A stretch of DNA of 64,000 bases, from positions 165,318-229,317 of IMG/VR virus record IMGVR_UViG_3300014208_000001, one strand, 5' to 3'. Source of the DNA: a virus. Taxonomy: Duplodnaviria > Heunggongvirae > Uroviricota > Caudoviricetes. A program made the translations under genes and the position numbers. Under the pieces are notes generated by a model. That model ran no database searches and had not been told where the DNA came from. It was given only the letters and a program-made list of their open reading frames with translations. How positions within the stretch are numbered: position 1 is the first letter of the stretch; each line of letters begins with the position of its first letter. Of the stretch, positions 45,888 through 56,871 are shown piece after piece.

Positions 45888-46658
45888 TTAATACCAATCA
45901 ACAGGTATAGTATCAAGAAGTCCCGGTAAAGGAACAACAGGATCAGATTCTGGCTCCTCAACTTCACCCAATTGCGTCCATAATCTTAAATTAAGAGTAA
46001 CATCAGTTCTCAATGGAAAAGCATTAGCATATGTTGTTGTGCTAATATCTAAATACTCATTACCATTATTATTTGTAAAATTACCATTCGAAACAGTTCT
46101 GTCTTCTAATCCAGAATTGCTCGCAACTAACGTGTCACTATATTTAACATTAACATCAATTATACGACCGGTCATAATTGAAAAACCACCCATACCCGCC
46201 AATTTCATTTTAACAATTAATTTAGCGAACCCACCATCACCACCAATTGCTTTATCACGCATTAAAACGAAATATCCTCGTAATTTCCTTAATTGCCTAT
46301 GGATTTTTTCTGCTGTCCATCTATTATCAACTGTAGCGCCGCCGCCAATCTGATTGGTTTGTCTGAAATTAATATCATCTGAATTACTACCATGTGTTAC
46401 TATATATGAAAAATGCATACTTATATCTCTAGGGCCAGCGGTCATAAATATAGCAATAGGTTCAGCACCGCCTGGTACACCAGTATCTTTCCAATTACCA
46501 CGCTTACTATCAGTAGAAATTTTAGGCGGAAATTGAAATTCTATAACACCGCCAAGTGATTGTAATTGTGGGCTATTTGGTACTTTTAATACCAATGAAA
46601 AAGCATCTTTTACTTTTTGATCAAAAAATGTATATGACATCGTCATTATTGGACCCAA
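45888..46658 (-). CDS. hypothetical tail/baseplate protein
   Basis: A 256-aa ORF directly downstream of the tape measure gene. Confidence 0.35.
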   Translation of the reverse strand: MGPIMTMSYTFFDQKVKDAFSLVLKVPNSPQLQSLGGVIEFQFPPKISTDSKRGNWKDTGVPGGAEPIAIFMTAGPRDISMHFSYIVTHGSNSDDINFRQTNQIGGGATVDNRWTAEKIHRQLRKLRGYFVLMRDKAIGGDGGFAKLIVKMKLAGMGGFSIMTGRIIDVNVKYSDTLVASNSGLEDRTVSNGNFTNNNGNEYLDISTTTYANAFPLRTDVTLNLRLWTQLGEVEEPESDPVVPLPGLLDTIPVDWY

Positions 46659-49600
46659 CCATTAAGAGTAGAACCAAATCCAGAATGAATTTGCCTAACT
46701 TCTGACTTAGTTTTAATAGTATTAATTAATTCGTCAATTTTATCGCTACCACCAGACATATCCTTGATATATTCAAGAATTTGAACAGTAACTTCAGTTT
46801 GAACTAATATAGCATCCAACAGCTTATTTGGTGTTTCCTTTTCATCTCTTTCAAAAATTTTAACATTTGATATTGTTTTGGCTTCAACATCTCCAATTCC
46901 ATCTCTGACTGTGGCTACGGCTTTCGAAACGCTAGAACCAATAGCACTTTGAATAGATTCCATATGTGAATCAACTGTTAATTGCATATTATCTGTTTCA
47001 TCATTTATAATATCACTAATATTGGCTAAATGCTTCCTCACATCACCAACAGGTGATTTAGCATTACTTATACCTTCAGAAAACGTATCAATTAACGCAG
47101 TACCACTACTGGTCAAATCAGATAATGGGCCAGTTTTAGCATCAGAAAATGGTAAATATCTCCTAATTTCAGCCAACACCGCACCAACAGCACCAACAGC
47201 ACTACCAGCAGCAGATTTAATACCGCTAGCAAATGTATTAATCATTTTCATACCGCTATCGAACAGATCCAATTCTGACATAGCATCAAGACTACTGTGT
47301 AATAATCCAAGTGATAATGCTAATGTTGTAATACCGCCAGCTAATGCGTATGTGGCTGGCGTAGCACCAATTGCTGCAATACTAAATGCTACAATAGCTA
47401 TATTAAACGATACTATCGGCACAACCGCATAAATCATAGCTCCAGACATTGTTACTAAAGCACCTGAAAATCTAATCATTAAACCAGGTAACGCATCAAT
47501 AGAATTCCTTAATAAATCCATACTATGCGCTAATTTAGTAACTGGCGTATTAGCTAAATATGCAACAATAGCAAATGCACCAATTGCTAATGATGCTGGG
47601 ATCAGGGCTAATCCAGCCACACCTAACCCTAAAAATGATATTGATAATAATGATACAGCCGCAGACAACATCATGACTTGATCATATGGTACAGCTTTAA
47701 CAGATGCAACAAATGCTCCCAGGGCAGCTGGGATAGCTTCGATAATTCTGGCAAATTTGTCAATAACAAATGACACAGACATCATAGCGGCAGCAAATGC
47801 TATTAAAACAATAGCGGCAATGCCAAATCCAAGAGGGAAAAATTGCGCTGCGGCACCAAGTACAATAAGTGCCACTGTGACAACACCGATTATAGCGGCC
47901 ACAGCGCCAAATGATTCCCACATTTTATCGCCTAAAGATGCAATAACTTGCATAGCTTCGGCAACTATATAAGTAGCACCGGCTACGCCTAAAACTGCAA
48001 CAGTTAATGCTAATATGCCCGGCGCAACTCTCATAGCAGCACGCCCGACAGTTAGTATAGCTGTCGCGAATCCTCTTGCTAGCACAACTGTCGCTCTACT
48101 CGCCGCTATAGCCACTCGCATTAAAGCACTTGACGCGCTAGCGGCTATAGTGGTGACACCACGCATTGATGCTGCAAATAATGTAAACACTTTAACACCA
48201 ATACCGACAGCCAATAATAATGGCGTTAACACTATCATTATACCGCCGATTGCTATTGCTGTTAACGCCATCGCTTTGGTGAGATATTTGGCTGCTGTCT
48301 CTAGCCACGGAAACGCTACTTTAGCTTTAGCCCACATTGCTTGAATGTGAGCGGTCATTTGCTGTATCGTTTCCCCAGCGAATTTAATATATCCTACAAC
48401 ATCTCTCAGTGCCGGTGCAAATACTTTATCAAGTTCTATACCAACATTATGGACCCATCTAGTTAATTCTTGAATTATTAATGTCCATTGCATGTATGTC
48501 GATGCATTAGCTTCCGCATTGGTTTCGGCCAATGGCTTTTGCAAATTAACTAATTCTTTATTAAGATCTTTTACATTTTTAACATTGAATTTTATCGCCA
48601 TAGAGTTAGCGTCAAATTGTAATAAGAATTGCTGCGCATCTTGCTCTGATATACCGAATGCTTCTGATATTGCGCTCAGAGCCATTTGAGCTTCAACACT
48701 ACCAGCACCGAATTGTTTAACCATATTAGTATACCTATCTGATAATTTCGGTAATAATCCAATCATATCTTCAGTAGATTTAATATTTAATGCTTCAGGG
48801 CCAACTAACCCCATTAATTTGGCTCTTGCTTCTCCGCTTGTGACTAACCTATCGAACACGCCACTCATAGCTTCTGCACTTAAATTCATACTTTTAGCTA
48901 ATCCTGCAGCTACTATTTTTCCTCTATTAAAATCGTCTAATGATATTTTAAATGCTGCTCCTAAATTGGTAGCATTAACTGATGTATCACCCATTACTTT
49001 GTTTACATCAGCACTAGTCAGCCCAAATTTTCTTTGTGCTTCTGATACATATTGGAATGTTGCTGTTATTTGTGCTATGCCCATTCCGGCTTGGCGCATT
49101 GATTTCACGAATGTGGCGATATCATTTACTGATGTTTGTGTTGTACGTTGAAATTGTGATATTGATCCTACCAATGCGTCCATTTGATCTTTTGGCACAT
49201 TTAATTGTGCCATTGCTATAAACGCTTCTTCTGCTGTTTCTTGTAAAACATTATACTCATGAGCCATATTCATTATTGATTGTCGTATTTCTTGTTGTGA
49301 TCCATATTGTCTATAATTTATTGCGACAAATTTTTCGCCAGCTTTACTAGCCACATCTAATTCTTTGGCCAGTAATCGCAAATCATCTACTAAACTGCTT
49401 AATATTTCTTTTGTATCAACAAATGAGTCGGCCCATCCTCCAAACCCATGTGTTAATTCTTTAACAGCTATTTCTTCAGTTTTAACCAAGTCTATTTCAT
49501 CTTGATGTGCTTCATTTTTCTTTTCTATCACACCTATTAACCTAGTAATTTTTTCAAATATACCATCTATAATATTGTCTTCTTGTGCATATTGTTTATT

Positions 49601-50050
49601 TAATCCTTTTGATAATATTAATCTGCTTTGATCAGCTTTAATTAATTTAGTAGTTGTTTTGTTAATTGATTGGATTAATTCAAATGATGTATTTGATAAT
49701 TTATTATCTTTGTTATGTAAAATAATCATTTTATTTGTATTATCTAATATATCTTCATTAGTTTCTGCAACTCCTTCAAATGATTTATGCGTTAATTTTA
49801 AGATATCATTTATGGCTCCTGTGTTATCTCTTACAAGTACAGCATTCTCACTTATTTTAATAAATTGCGTGTTAGCCATCATTGATGATGATGCTATTTG
49901 ATCTATAATTTTATTTATTGATACTAATAATTCATCTTGGATCTTATAAAAAACATCTACAACATCGTCGATGTCTTTTTTGAGTTGTGACGTATCGCCA
50001 GACAATGCTAACGATAAGTTTAACGCACTCAATTCTGGGTCCATATACAA
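46646..50050 (-). CDS. tail tape measure protein
   Basis: 1134 aa. The N-terminal half is helical/coiled-coil and the centre has long Ala/Gly/Ile-rich hydrophobic stretches. Lies next to the baseplate genes. Confidence 0.65.
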   Translation of the reverse strand: MYMDPELSALNLSLALSGDTSQLKKDIDDVVDVFYKIQDELLVSINKIIDQIASSSMMANTQFIKISENAVLVRDNTGAINDILKLTHKSFEGVAETNEDILDNTNKMIILHNKDNKLSNTSFELIQSINKTTTKLIKADQSRLILSKGLNKQYAQEDNIIDGIFEKITRLIGVIEKKNEAHQDEIDLVKTEEIAVKELTHGFGGWADSFVDTKEILSSLVDDLRLLAKELDVASKAGEKFVAINYRQYGSQQEIRQSIMNMAHEYNVLQETAEEAFIAMAQLNVPKDQMDALVGSISQFQRTTQTSVNDIATFVKSMRQAGMGIAQITATFQYVSEAQRKFGLTSADVNKVMGDTSVNATNLGAAFKISLDDFNRGKIVAAGLAKSMNLSAEAMSGVFDRLVTSGEARAKLMGLVGPEALNIKSTEDMIGLLPKLSDRYTNMVKQFGAGSVEAQMALSAISEAFGISEQDAQQFLLQFDANSMAIKFNVKNVKDLNKELVNLQKPLAETNAEANASTYMQWTLIIQELTRWVHNVGIELDKVFAPALRDVVGYIKFAGETIQQMTAHIQAMWAKAKVAFPWLETAAKYLTKAMALTAIAIGGIMIVLTPLLLAVGIGVKVFTLFAASMRGVTTIAASASSALMRVAIAASRATVVLARGFATAILTVGRAAMRVAPGILALTVAVLGVAGATYIVAEAMQVIASLGDKMWESFGAVAAIIGVVTVALIVLGAAAQFFPLGFGIAAIVLIAFAAAMMSVSFVIDKFARIIEAIPAALGAFVASVKAVPYDQVMMLSAAVSLLSISFLGLGVAGLALIPASLAIGAFAIVAYLANTPVTKLAHSMDLLRNSIDALPGLMIRFSGALVTMSGAMIYAVVPIVSFNIAIVAFSIAAIGATPATYALAGGITTLALSLGLLHSSLDAMSELDLFDSGMKMINTFASGIKSAAGSAVGAVGAVLAEIRRYLPFSDAKTGPLSDLTSSGTALIDTFSEGISNAKSPVGDVRKHLANISDIINDETDNMQLTVDSHMESIQSAIGSSVSKAVATVRDGIGDVEAKTISNVKIFERDEKETPNKLLDAILVQTEVTVQILEYIKDMSGGSDKIDELINTIKTKSEVRQIHSGFGSTLNGWVQ

Positions 50051-50103
50051 TATCTCCTATTGTATATTTATTTCCCAGAAAATACAAACTTATATATTAA
50101 TTA

Positions 50104-50529
50104 TTAAAAAAGACGCCCGCCACGATTGTGATATTCATCGATAATAATGGTATCAACCATATGGTGCCTGATTTCATTTCTATACCATCCTAAGAAATTA
50201 AGAAATCCACCAACTAATGAATATGTCGGTTGTTCTTGATTAGTTTCCATAGCTAAATAATTCTTGCGCATATTAATTATTTTTTGTTTCATTTTAGCAT
50301 ATTCTGAATTATCATACCCACTAATATTATTAATCATGTATTGATGAGTATCTTCTTCTGCAGCTACTTCGCCATATGACATATTCCATATTCTCTGTAG
50401 CATCTCATGTTGATATGGCCATTCGATGAAAATACTAGTAATATCATCTGTATATGGCTGTTTAAACGGTTTTGATTTTGTACCTTTCCATTCATTGTAT
50501 CCAACACAAAATTCTGCGTCTGATATCAT
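50104..50529 (-). CDS. hypothetical protein (tail assembly chaperone position)
   Basis: A 141-aa ORF upstream of the tape measure gene. Confidence 0.3.
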   Translation of the reverse strand: MISDAEFCVGYNEWKGTKSKPFKQPYTDDITSIFIEWPYQHEMLQRIWNMSYGEVAAEEDTHQYMINNISGYDNSEYAKMKQKIINMRKNYLAMETNQEQPTYSLVGGFLNFLGWYRNEIRHHMVDTIIIDEYHNRGGRLF

Positions 50530-51392
50530 TTTTTAAAACCTTTTACTTTTAAATTCTGATAGTTTTTTATTACATCATCCCTATTTTTTGCATCGATTGT
50601 TTGTGGGTTAAATTTATCAGGATCAATAACGAATATTTTGTGAGTATTACAATAATTAATTAATAGATCTGGATATAGCTCTAAATATTGTTCAATTTCT
50701 TCAACTTTCTTTCTATAGGTTATCGCATATCTACATGCTTGTTTATACAATTTCTCATCTAATAATATTTTAATAATATCATGATTATATGGTATTTTAA
50801 GTTCTTGGAAAAATGAATTCCAGTATCTCTTGCTTTTAGCGATTGGTAGTTCGAATATTTTGGAATATTTTGGATATACTTTACATAATACAGCGACTAA
50901 TTTTGAAATATCAATTTTAGAGAATATAGTTTTACCAGCAATAAGTCTAATTAAAAATTCTATATAATATGCTGGAACATCATTTTTACTTAAATATTCT
51001 TTGGCGAAAGACCTCATACGTCCAGATGCTGTGTCATATTTTTCATTAAATATCATTTGATGATATGCATATAATGCGTATTCTCCTAATGATTCCCCTA
51101 TATCAATATCCATAATGTTGAATTTATTCTTCATAATCATGTGTCTTGTATCGCCTACTATACTATAAAATGTTACATTAATAACAGAAGCATTGATATC
51201 ACCAAATTCATTAATTGATAATGCGATATTTAGATCTTCAAAAGATATAGCTAAGAATTCAGATACAAGTGTACGCGTATCATGCCTGAGTAAAATTTTG
51301 ACATCACATGGAATGTTTATACAATCAGCTAATGCTTCAATCAGAATTCGACGATCTGTATCCAACTTTAGTGGAATTCGCGTCATAATCAT
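50526..51392 (-). CDS. hypothetical protein
   Basis: A 288-aa ORF with a 4-nt overlap on its downstream gene. Confidence 0.35.
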   Translation of the reverse strand: MIMTRIPLKLDTDRRILIEALADCINIPCDVKILLRHDTRTLVSEFLAISFEDLNIALSINEFGDINASVINVTFYSIVGDTRHMIMKNKFNIMDIDIGESLGEYALYAYHQMIFNEKYDTASGRMRSFAKEYLSKNDVPAYYIEFLIRLIAGKTIFSKIDISKLVAVLCKVYPKYSKIFELPIAKSKRYWNSFFQELKIPYNHDIIKILLDEKLYKQACRYAITYRKKVEEIEQYLELYPDLLINYCNTHKIFVIDPDKFNPQTIDAKNRDDVIKNYQNLKVKGFKK

Positions 51393-52674
51393 ACCTTGTA
51401 CAATACAAATTAGTGGTCCACAATCCGCGTGTTACAACATGATGGAACCCGTAAACTAACCAATTACCAGTCATAAACCACAAATTAGATCCACCATCAA
51501 CAGTCCCTGATGGTCTAGTCCATTTAACAAATACAGTATCTGACCCTAATCCTTCACAACTATTCCAAATATGATGACCAACACATTCGAATTTAACACG
51601 CATAGCTCTATTTGCTAATCCTAACCACAAACTTCTAGCTCGACCGTCTATATATTCATCATATCTAATACCTAAGTCGCCAGCAGAATATATTTCTGGT
51701 ATACTACTAATATTAGTATATCCAACCGTTGGATATTTATTAATACCTGATTTTGAAAATGATTGTTTATTAGTTGTGTCTGCTGTTAATTTATTACCAG
51801 TTGTATCATCATCTACTACAACTTTATTGTGTTTTTGATCAGTAATACTATCTAAATATTGCCCAGATACTCTAGATATCCCTTGAGTTATTAATTTACT
51901 TGTTAATATATTAATAGTATTATCAGCAACATATGACCAATTTAGTATTGTACTTGCTTTATTAGCTTGTCTTGTTAAATATGCACGTGGTTTACTAGGC
52001 AATTTACCTTGTTCTTTGATCGATAAATTTAACCCATTTGACTGAATCATCCAATTAGTTTTAGATTGTGTTACTGAACTACCCCATTCTAATATAGACA
52101 TTATAAATGTTTTTGGGTCTTGCCGCATCATATACCAATACGTATCAGATGAATCTTTAGTTTCTGATATATCGAGTTTAATTAATGGTGCATATTCTTT
52201 AGTCACATTTTTAATTATTTGGCTAACGCGGCCTTTGTATGCTTTACCGCTAGCATTACCCACATTTAAGAACCATGACGGTGGGTCTATCGCTGTTAAT
52301 TTTATGGATGCACTATTTTCCGATTCTCCAATGGCTTCTATATTGGTAACATATGCTATTTGAGTATCTGTTTGTATTTCATTGCTTTCAGCATTTCCTT
52401 TTATTTTGAATTTCATTTCTAATATTGATTTTCTTGATACTGAAAAATATCCATCAACTATTAAATCATCCATGTTGGCAAAGTGTGCATCTGCGAATAT
52501 TGCTTCTACTGTGTAACCACCATTCATCATAGCTTTAAAATCAAATTTTGTAAATATTGTACCCCAATTTCTGTCAATTTTTTTAACTTCTGTGCCATCA
52601 CCATTTATAAATCTAAACTTGATGTCTATTGTTGGACGATCAAGAATTGCTGGCGTCGACAAATCAATTACCAC
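51337..52674 (-). CDS. hypothetical structural protein
   Basis: A 445-aa beta-rich ORF. Confidence 0.35.
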   Translation of the reverse strand: MVIDLSTPAILDRPTIDIKFRFINGDGTEVKKIDRNWGTIFTKFDFKAMMNGGYTVEAIFADAHFANMDDLIVDGYFSVSRKSILEMKFKIKGNAESNEIQTDTQIAYVTNIEAIGESENSASIKLTAIDPPSWFLNVGNASGKAYKGRVSQIIKNVTKEYAPLIKLDISETKDSSDTYWYMMRQDPKTFIMSILEWGSSVTQSKTNWMIQSNGLNLSIKEQGKLPSKPRAYLTRQANKASTILNWSYVADNTINILTSKLITQGISRVSGQYLDSITDQKHNKVVVDDDTTGNKLTADTTNKQSFSKSGINKYPTVGYTNISSIPEIYSAGDLGIRYDEYIDGRARSLWLGLANRAMRVKFECVGHHIWNSCEGLGSDTVFVKWTRPSGTVDGGSNLWFMTGNWLVYGFHHVVTRGLWTTNLYCTRYDYDANSTKVGYRSSNSD

Positions 52675-52683
52675 GAGGTCACC

Positions 52684-52947
52684 ATGTTAATGATTGAAGC
52701 TAATTACAATTCTAAAAATATATTACTTCTCGAAATAGGTCGATCAGATACCAAATTGTACGCACTTGATACATCTAAAATACATGACACAGATAGAGAA
52801 TTAGTCAAAACATCAAAAGAAATATTAAAATCATTAGATAGCCACCAACGGTATCAATGGTTAAAAGATAATTGCAAATCATTAAAAGATTGCTATCGCA
52901 CATATTCTTTAAACAAAATGAAAATCATAAACACACATGAATTATGA
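52684..52947 (+). CDS. small hypothetical protein (plus strand, 87 aa)
   Basis: Internal Met of ORF 52483..52947, with a GAGG RBS. It lies in the gap between two minus-strand genes. Confidence 0.3.
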   Translation: MLMIEANYNSKNILLLEIGRSDTKLYALDTSKIHDTDRELVKTSKEILKSLDSHQRYQWLKDNCKSLKDCYRTYSLNKMKIINTHEL

Positions 52948-53961
52948 TCTTATTTTCTTTAATATTTTAGCATATTTAGCAAGTGATAAATACTCTTTTG
53001 ATGTTAATTTTTTAATTCCGTCATTAAATTCTTTTCGTATATCATTTAATGACATTTTGGCGTCAGTATATAATTCATTCCAATCTTTTAATAATTTACC
53101 ATCTATTTCAATTTCTGGCGGTAAACTATAATACAACTCATAATTTGATAGCACTGACTTATTTACCAATATACTCATAATACCTGCATAATCAAGATCA
53201 GCGGCCAATATAATACCATCTTTTGGTCCAATAGCTTTGATTTTCTTATATTGCCCATCAGTTACTGTAGCCCCTCCTATCGCCACTGTTTGATCGCCTA
53301 AAGTATGTGCGTCGAATATCGCTTCTACTATTATTAAATAACTAGCTGGTTCAACATTATCAAACCCATAAATATACTCACCTTTATTTGTGCCAGTAGG
53401 AAATGTGAAAATTTTCCCTAAGCATGATCTTGATTGCCAATATACTAATTCGTCATATTCATAATATGGCCATATTACATCAAATCCAGAATAATGCAAT
53501 GAATTTTCTTTAATTTTATCTGCTGTCAAACCTCTCGATTTCAACCATTTATTGACTCGTTTTGTAAAAACATCATCATTATCACTTATTAGTTTACTAT
53601 TATTAGGTAATTCTATTGAATATTTCTGTTCAACTTTCTTATCTTTTATATAATCGTATATATATCCTGCGCCTAATATTTCTTTTAATGCTTGCGAATA
53701 CGTTACTTTTCTATATAATTGGACAAATTTTATAAATGAACAATTACGTTTACCAGTTATCGAACTTGGCGCGCCCGCCCATCTTTCATTTCCTCGCCAA
53801 TCATTACATAATGCTAATTCAGTGTTTATATTAAATTTATAATGCCTATCATCATCAAATGGCGAACATATTAATAATTCTTCACCATTTTTGCGTTCTT
53901 TATATGTAAAATTCTTAGATACCCAATTTTTAATCGCTCGCGGTGGTATTTTGACTTTCAT
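52942..53961 (-). CDS. DNA primase, gp61-like (zinc ribbon + TOPRIM)
   Basis: C-terminal LSLAKYAKILKK matches T4 gp61 MRLSKYAKI. Also IIVEAIFDAHTL versus YVLEGPIDSLFI, an N-terminal CSPF...H...C zinc motif and DLDYAG. Confidence 0.75.
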   Translation of the reverse strand: MKVKIPPRAIKNWVSKNFTYKERKNGEELLICSPFDDDRHYKFNINTELALCNDWRGNERWAGAPSSITGKRNCSFIKFVQLYRKVTYSQALKEILGAGYIYDYIKDKKVEQKYSIELPNNSKLISDNDDVFTKRVNKWLKSRGLTADKIKENSLHYSGFDVIWPYYEYDELVYWQSRSCLGKIFTFPTGTNKGEYIYGFDNVEPASYLIIVEAIFDAHTLGDQTVAIGGATVTDGQYKKIKAIGPKDGIILAADLDYAGIMSILVNKSVLSNYELYYSLPPEIEIDGKLLKDWNELYTDAKMSLNDIRKEFNDGIKKLTSKEYLSLAKYAKILKKIRS

Positions 53962-54202
53962 GAAATATCGCTTTCACTCTTTCAATACAAAGCGGATCGA
54001 TTATACTTATTTCATCTCTAATATCATATCCATTTTTAATTATAATTAATTGATTATTTAAGAATATTGTATATTTAACATTTGATGATACTTTTGTGAT
54101 GCAATCAACTTTTTGCCATTGATCAGATATTTTAAAAAATGATGACTTGTACTCTTTGCTACCTGATAATGAATCATATATAGCACAAATGATTTCATTC
54201 AT
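53930..54202 (-). CDS. hypothetical protein
   Basis: A 90-aa ORF. Confidence 0.3.
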   Translation of the reverse strand: MNEIICAIYDSLSGSKEYKSSFFKISDQWQKVDCITKVSSNVKYTIFLNNQLIIIKNGYDIRDEISIIDPLCIERVKAIFHESQNTTASD

Positions 54203-54803
54203 GTGCCTGGCCCAATTGCATTATTGACCCGACAAAACTAACTACATTTCCTTTATTGTTTTTTATTACATGACAAGCACCTCTGACTTTTATTTTGCCA
54301 CCATTTTTACGATTTATAAAATATTCACCAACAAAATCACGCTCTTGATTTACAGCATCACGCCACTCTCTCCATATTCTGTCACGGTCATCTTCATGGA
54401 TACTAATTATCCATCCGCTACCATATGCCTCTGATGGCAATAAACCTGTCAAAACACACCATTGATTGTTAACATTTATACAATCACCATTATGATCGGT
54501 TTCATAAAATCCTATATTCATATGATATGATATATCATGAATTTGATTTTCTAATTTATGTTGGGTTTTATCAATTTTATCAATAACATCTCTTAATGTT
54601 AAACCATTATCAGAGTGAAATTCCTCACTGATTGATATTAATACTGGAATATATTTGTTAATTTTTCTGGCTGCTTTTAATACTGGTATTAAAAAATATT
54701 TATAAAAGAATACTATTATGACTAATATAGTTATAGCATCTGATGCCCATACCAATCCATTTTTATCTAATATATTAAGCCATCGATTGTTGAAACTTTC
54801 CAT
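54195..54803 (-). CDS. membrane-anchored PAS-domain protein
   Basis: N-terminal TM ITILVIIVFFYKYFLIPVL. PAS-like GSGWIISIHEDDRDRIWREW...GEYFINRKNGGKIKVRGACHVIKNNKGNVVSFVGSIMQL. Confidence 0.5.
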   Translation of the reverse strand: MESFNNRWLNILDKNGLVWASDAITILVIIVFFYKYFLIPVLKAARKINKYIPVLISISEEFHSDNGLTLRDVIDKIDKTQHKLENQIHDISYHMNIGFYETDHNGDCINVNNQWCVLTGLLPSEAYGSGWIISIHEDDRDRIWREWRDAVNQERDFVGEYFINRKNGGKIKVRGACHVIKNNKGNVVSFVGSIMQLGQAHE

Positions 54804-54811
54804 ATGTAACT

Positions 54812-55657
54812 TTACGAGATCGTGAACATGAACTTGCGACTTACTCGTGTTGTTCCATCTGGTATTACAAGTTTAATCGAATATTCATACGTTCCTTTTA
54901 AAAATAATGATGTATCTAGATTATATCTTAATACCCATGGATTAGTTCTATAATATCCTTGTGCTAATCCTATTGTCATTTCAGCATTATCGATTAACAA
55001 TTCATTATGCTGTGTTTTAATAGTTATAGATGGCTGCAAATATGGTATCATTGGTGCAACTAAGTTATAATTATACTCATATAACGGCAATGGCATTAAA
55101 CTAATTTCTAGTGGTTTCACTTCCGGATAATGAAAATGCAAATTCAATGGATTAAATGAAAAGTTTACAGTTTGTAACCCATCATCACATAACCATTCAT
55201 CTGGAAAAACTATAAATCTCTTACAGCACTTTAATAATTCACTCTCATGTAATGTTAAATCGCACCCACCAGTGACTTCTGATGTACCATCATTAGTACA
55301 TGGATCATTTGGATAATAATACCATACATCAATAAATGTGTCTGGGACAGATACTGTATTTGGGACATCATAATAATAATGAAATTTGCCCGTTACTGGT
55401 TCAATACTGGTAACAGGCGCTGTCCCACAATCACCAGTTTCGGTTGCTATATATTCGCGTTCTACTGGTGCTGGGTATAGCGGATTATCAACAGATATAA
55501 CTGGTATCGATGCTATTAAATTGCCTGGTGTATATTTAGTTTTATAAATTTCGACTTTATATATCGCATATGGATCTGTTGGAACGCCATTATTATAAAA
55601 TGTAACATTAAGGTCTACTTCATGACCTCTTCTACCAGATATTCTTGGATATGCCAT
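54812..55657 (-). CDS. hypothetical (possibly structural) Cys/Pro/Tyr-rich protein
   Basis: A 281-aa ORF. Confidence 0.35.
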   Translation of the reverse strand: MAYPRISGRRGHEVDLNVTFYNNGVPTDPYAIYKVEIYKTKYTPGNLIASIPVISVDNPLYPAPVEREYIATETGDCGTAPVTSIEPVTGKFHYYYDVPNTVSVPDTFIDVWYYYPNDPCTNDGTSEVTGGCDLTLHESELLKCCKRFIVFPDEWLCDDGLQTVNFSFNPLNLHFHYPEVKPLEISLMPLPLYEYNYNLVAPMIPYLQPSITIKTQHNELLIDNAEMTIGLAQGYYRTNPWVLRYNLDTSLFLKGTYEYSIKLVIPDGTTRVSRKFMFTIS

Positions 55658-55878
55658 GTGATCATGCCTTTTAAAAATTCTATTTTATTTTTAAATGGCA
55701 TAGTTATGGCTACTTGGTACCCCTCCTCTGACGTTCTTCATCTTTTTTATCCTCTTCATGGATACGATTGATCCACCAAGAGCGTTCTTCTGGTGTCATA
55801 TACCATAATTCATGCATAGTAAAATGACCATATCGCTTAAGAAAAAATTTCTGCTCTAATAACCTATTATATTCATTC

Positions 55879-56832
55879 TCATACTCGAGCGGGTTTCTTC
55901 TTACGAAAAAAGGATTCAGTCACTGGTAATGCTATACTAGAAACTTCATCACATGACGGGCAGTTAACCTCTACTGTAGCATCAAGCCCAGGTGTGTTGT
56001 CTTTAAGCCAGTCACGAATGGTCTGACGATCAGCAGACGATAACCTGTTACACACTTCACGTATTTTCATAAGATCAGAATTACCAAGAACACTTACAAC
56101 ATTATTATCAACATTAGCTAATATCAATGCTGTATTATCTTCTGAAGTCTTTTTATTAAATGTACCAGGCTTAGAGGCTCTACCAATACCAGTAGCTTTA
56201 CTCAATGATTTCTTTCTTGCTAATAATGTGATCATATCTGACCGTCTAGTAAATCTTAACCCGACAGTCACTTCACGACCAACACGTTCACTAATATCAG
56301 GTAAAACAATTTCAACTGGTTCAACCATACCCTGTTTGGCATATCTAACAAATTGTGACAAGTTAGATAGATCATAAGAATATGTTGATGATTCATTGCA
56401 ATGTGGACATTGCATTATAAATTCATAATCTTTACCATACGATATACCTCTTATATAATAAATTAGATAAGTGGTGTCTCCAACAATGAGATCTGATGGA
56501 TCAAACCCTTGTGGAAATTCACAACATGCTTTAATCATGTTGTCAATATTTTCACCAGTGGCGGCAGTTCTTTGGTTTAAAAGTGCTTGTTCAGCCATAG
56601 TTCCAATTGGTCTAACTTTAATTAGACCAGATGGCCATCCATAAAATTGACCATGGCTAGGTAATTCAACAGTCTCCAGAGGCAATAATGCATCTTCTGG
56701 CAGTTGAATAATATGTTCTAATAATTCAGCCGCTGTCGATCCAGGATCTAATTTGAGTGCTGGATCTATTTCCTTTGCAGGTGATTTTTCTGTAACTGGT
56801 GTTTCAGAAAATTTATGAATCTCTTTTGCCAT
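55879..56832 (-). CDS. hypothetical protein with two CxxC pairs (CPHC...CPSC), tail-module neighbour
   Basis: A 317-aa ORF downstream of the tube paralogs. Confidence 0.4.
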   Translation of the reverse strand: MAKEIHKFSETPVTEKSPAKEIDPALKLDPGSTAAELLEHIIQLPEDALLPLETVELPSHGQFYGWPSGLIKVRPIGTMAEQALLNQRTAATGENIDNMIKACCEFPQGFDPSDLIVGDTTYLIYYIRGISYGKDYEFIMQCPHCNESSTYSYDLSNLSQFVRYAKQGMVEPVEIVLPDISERVGREVTVGLRFTRRSDMITLLARKKSLSKATGIGRASKPGTFNKKTSEDNTALILANVDNNVVSVLGNSDLMKIREVCNRLSSADRQTIRDWLKDNTPGLDATVEVNCPSCDEVSSIALPVTESFFRKKKPARV

Positions 56833-56871
56833 TGTTACCTCATATATAAAGAGTTATCAATATTTACGCAA

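Noticed and set aside
47022-49901. Multiple Ala-rich plus-strand ORFs
   Set aside because: They are antisense to the tape-measure gene's Ala/Gly-rich hydrophobic segments.
55694-55801. 35-aa charged minus ORF (MHELWYMTPEERSWW...) in the 55658..55878 gap
   Set aside because: It is too short and has no RBS or conservation evidence.
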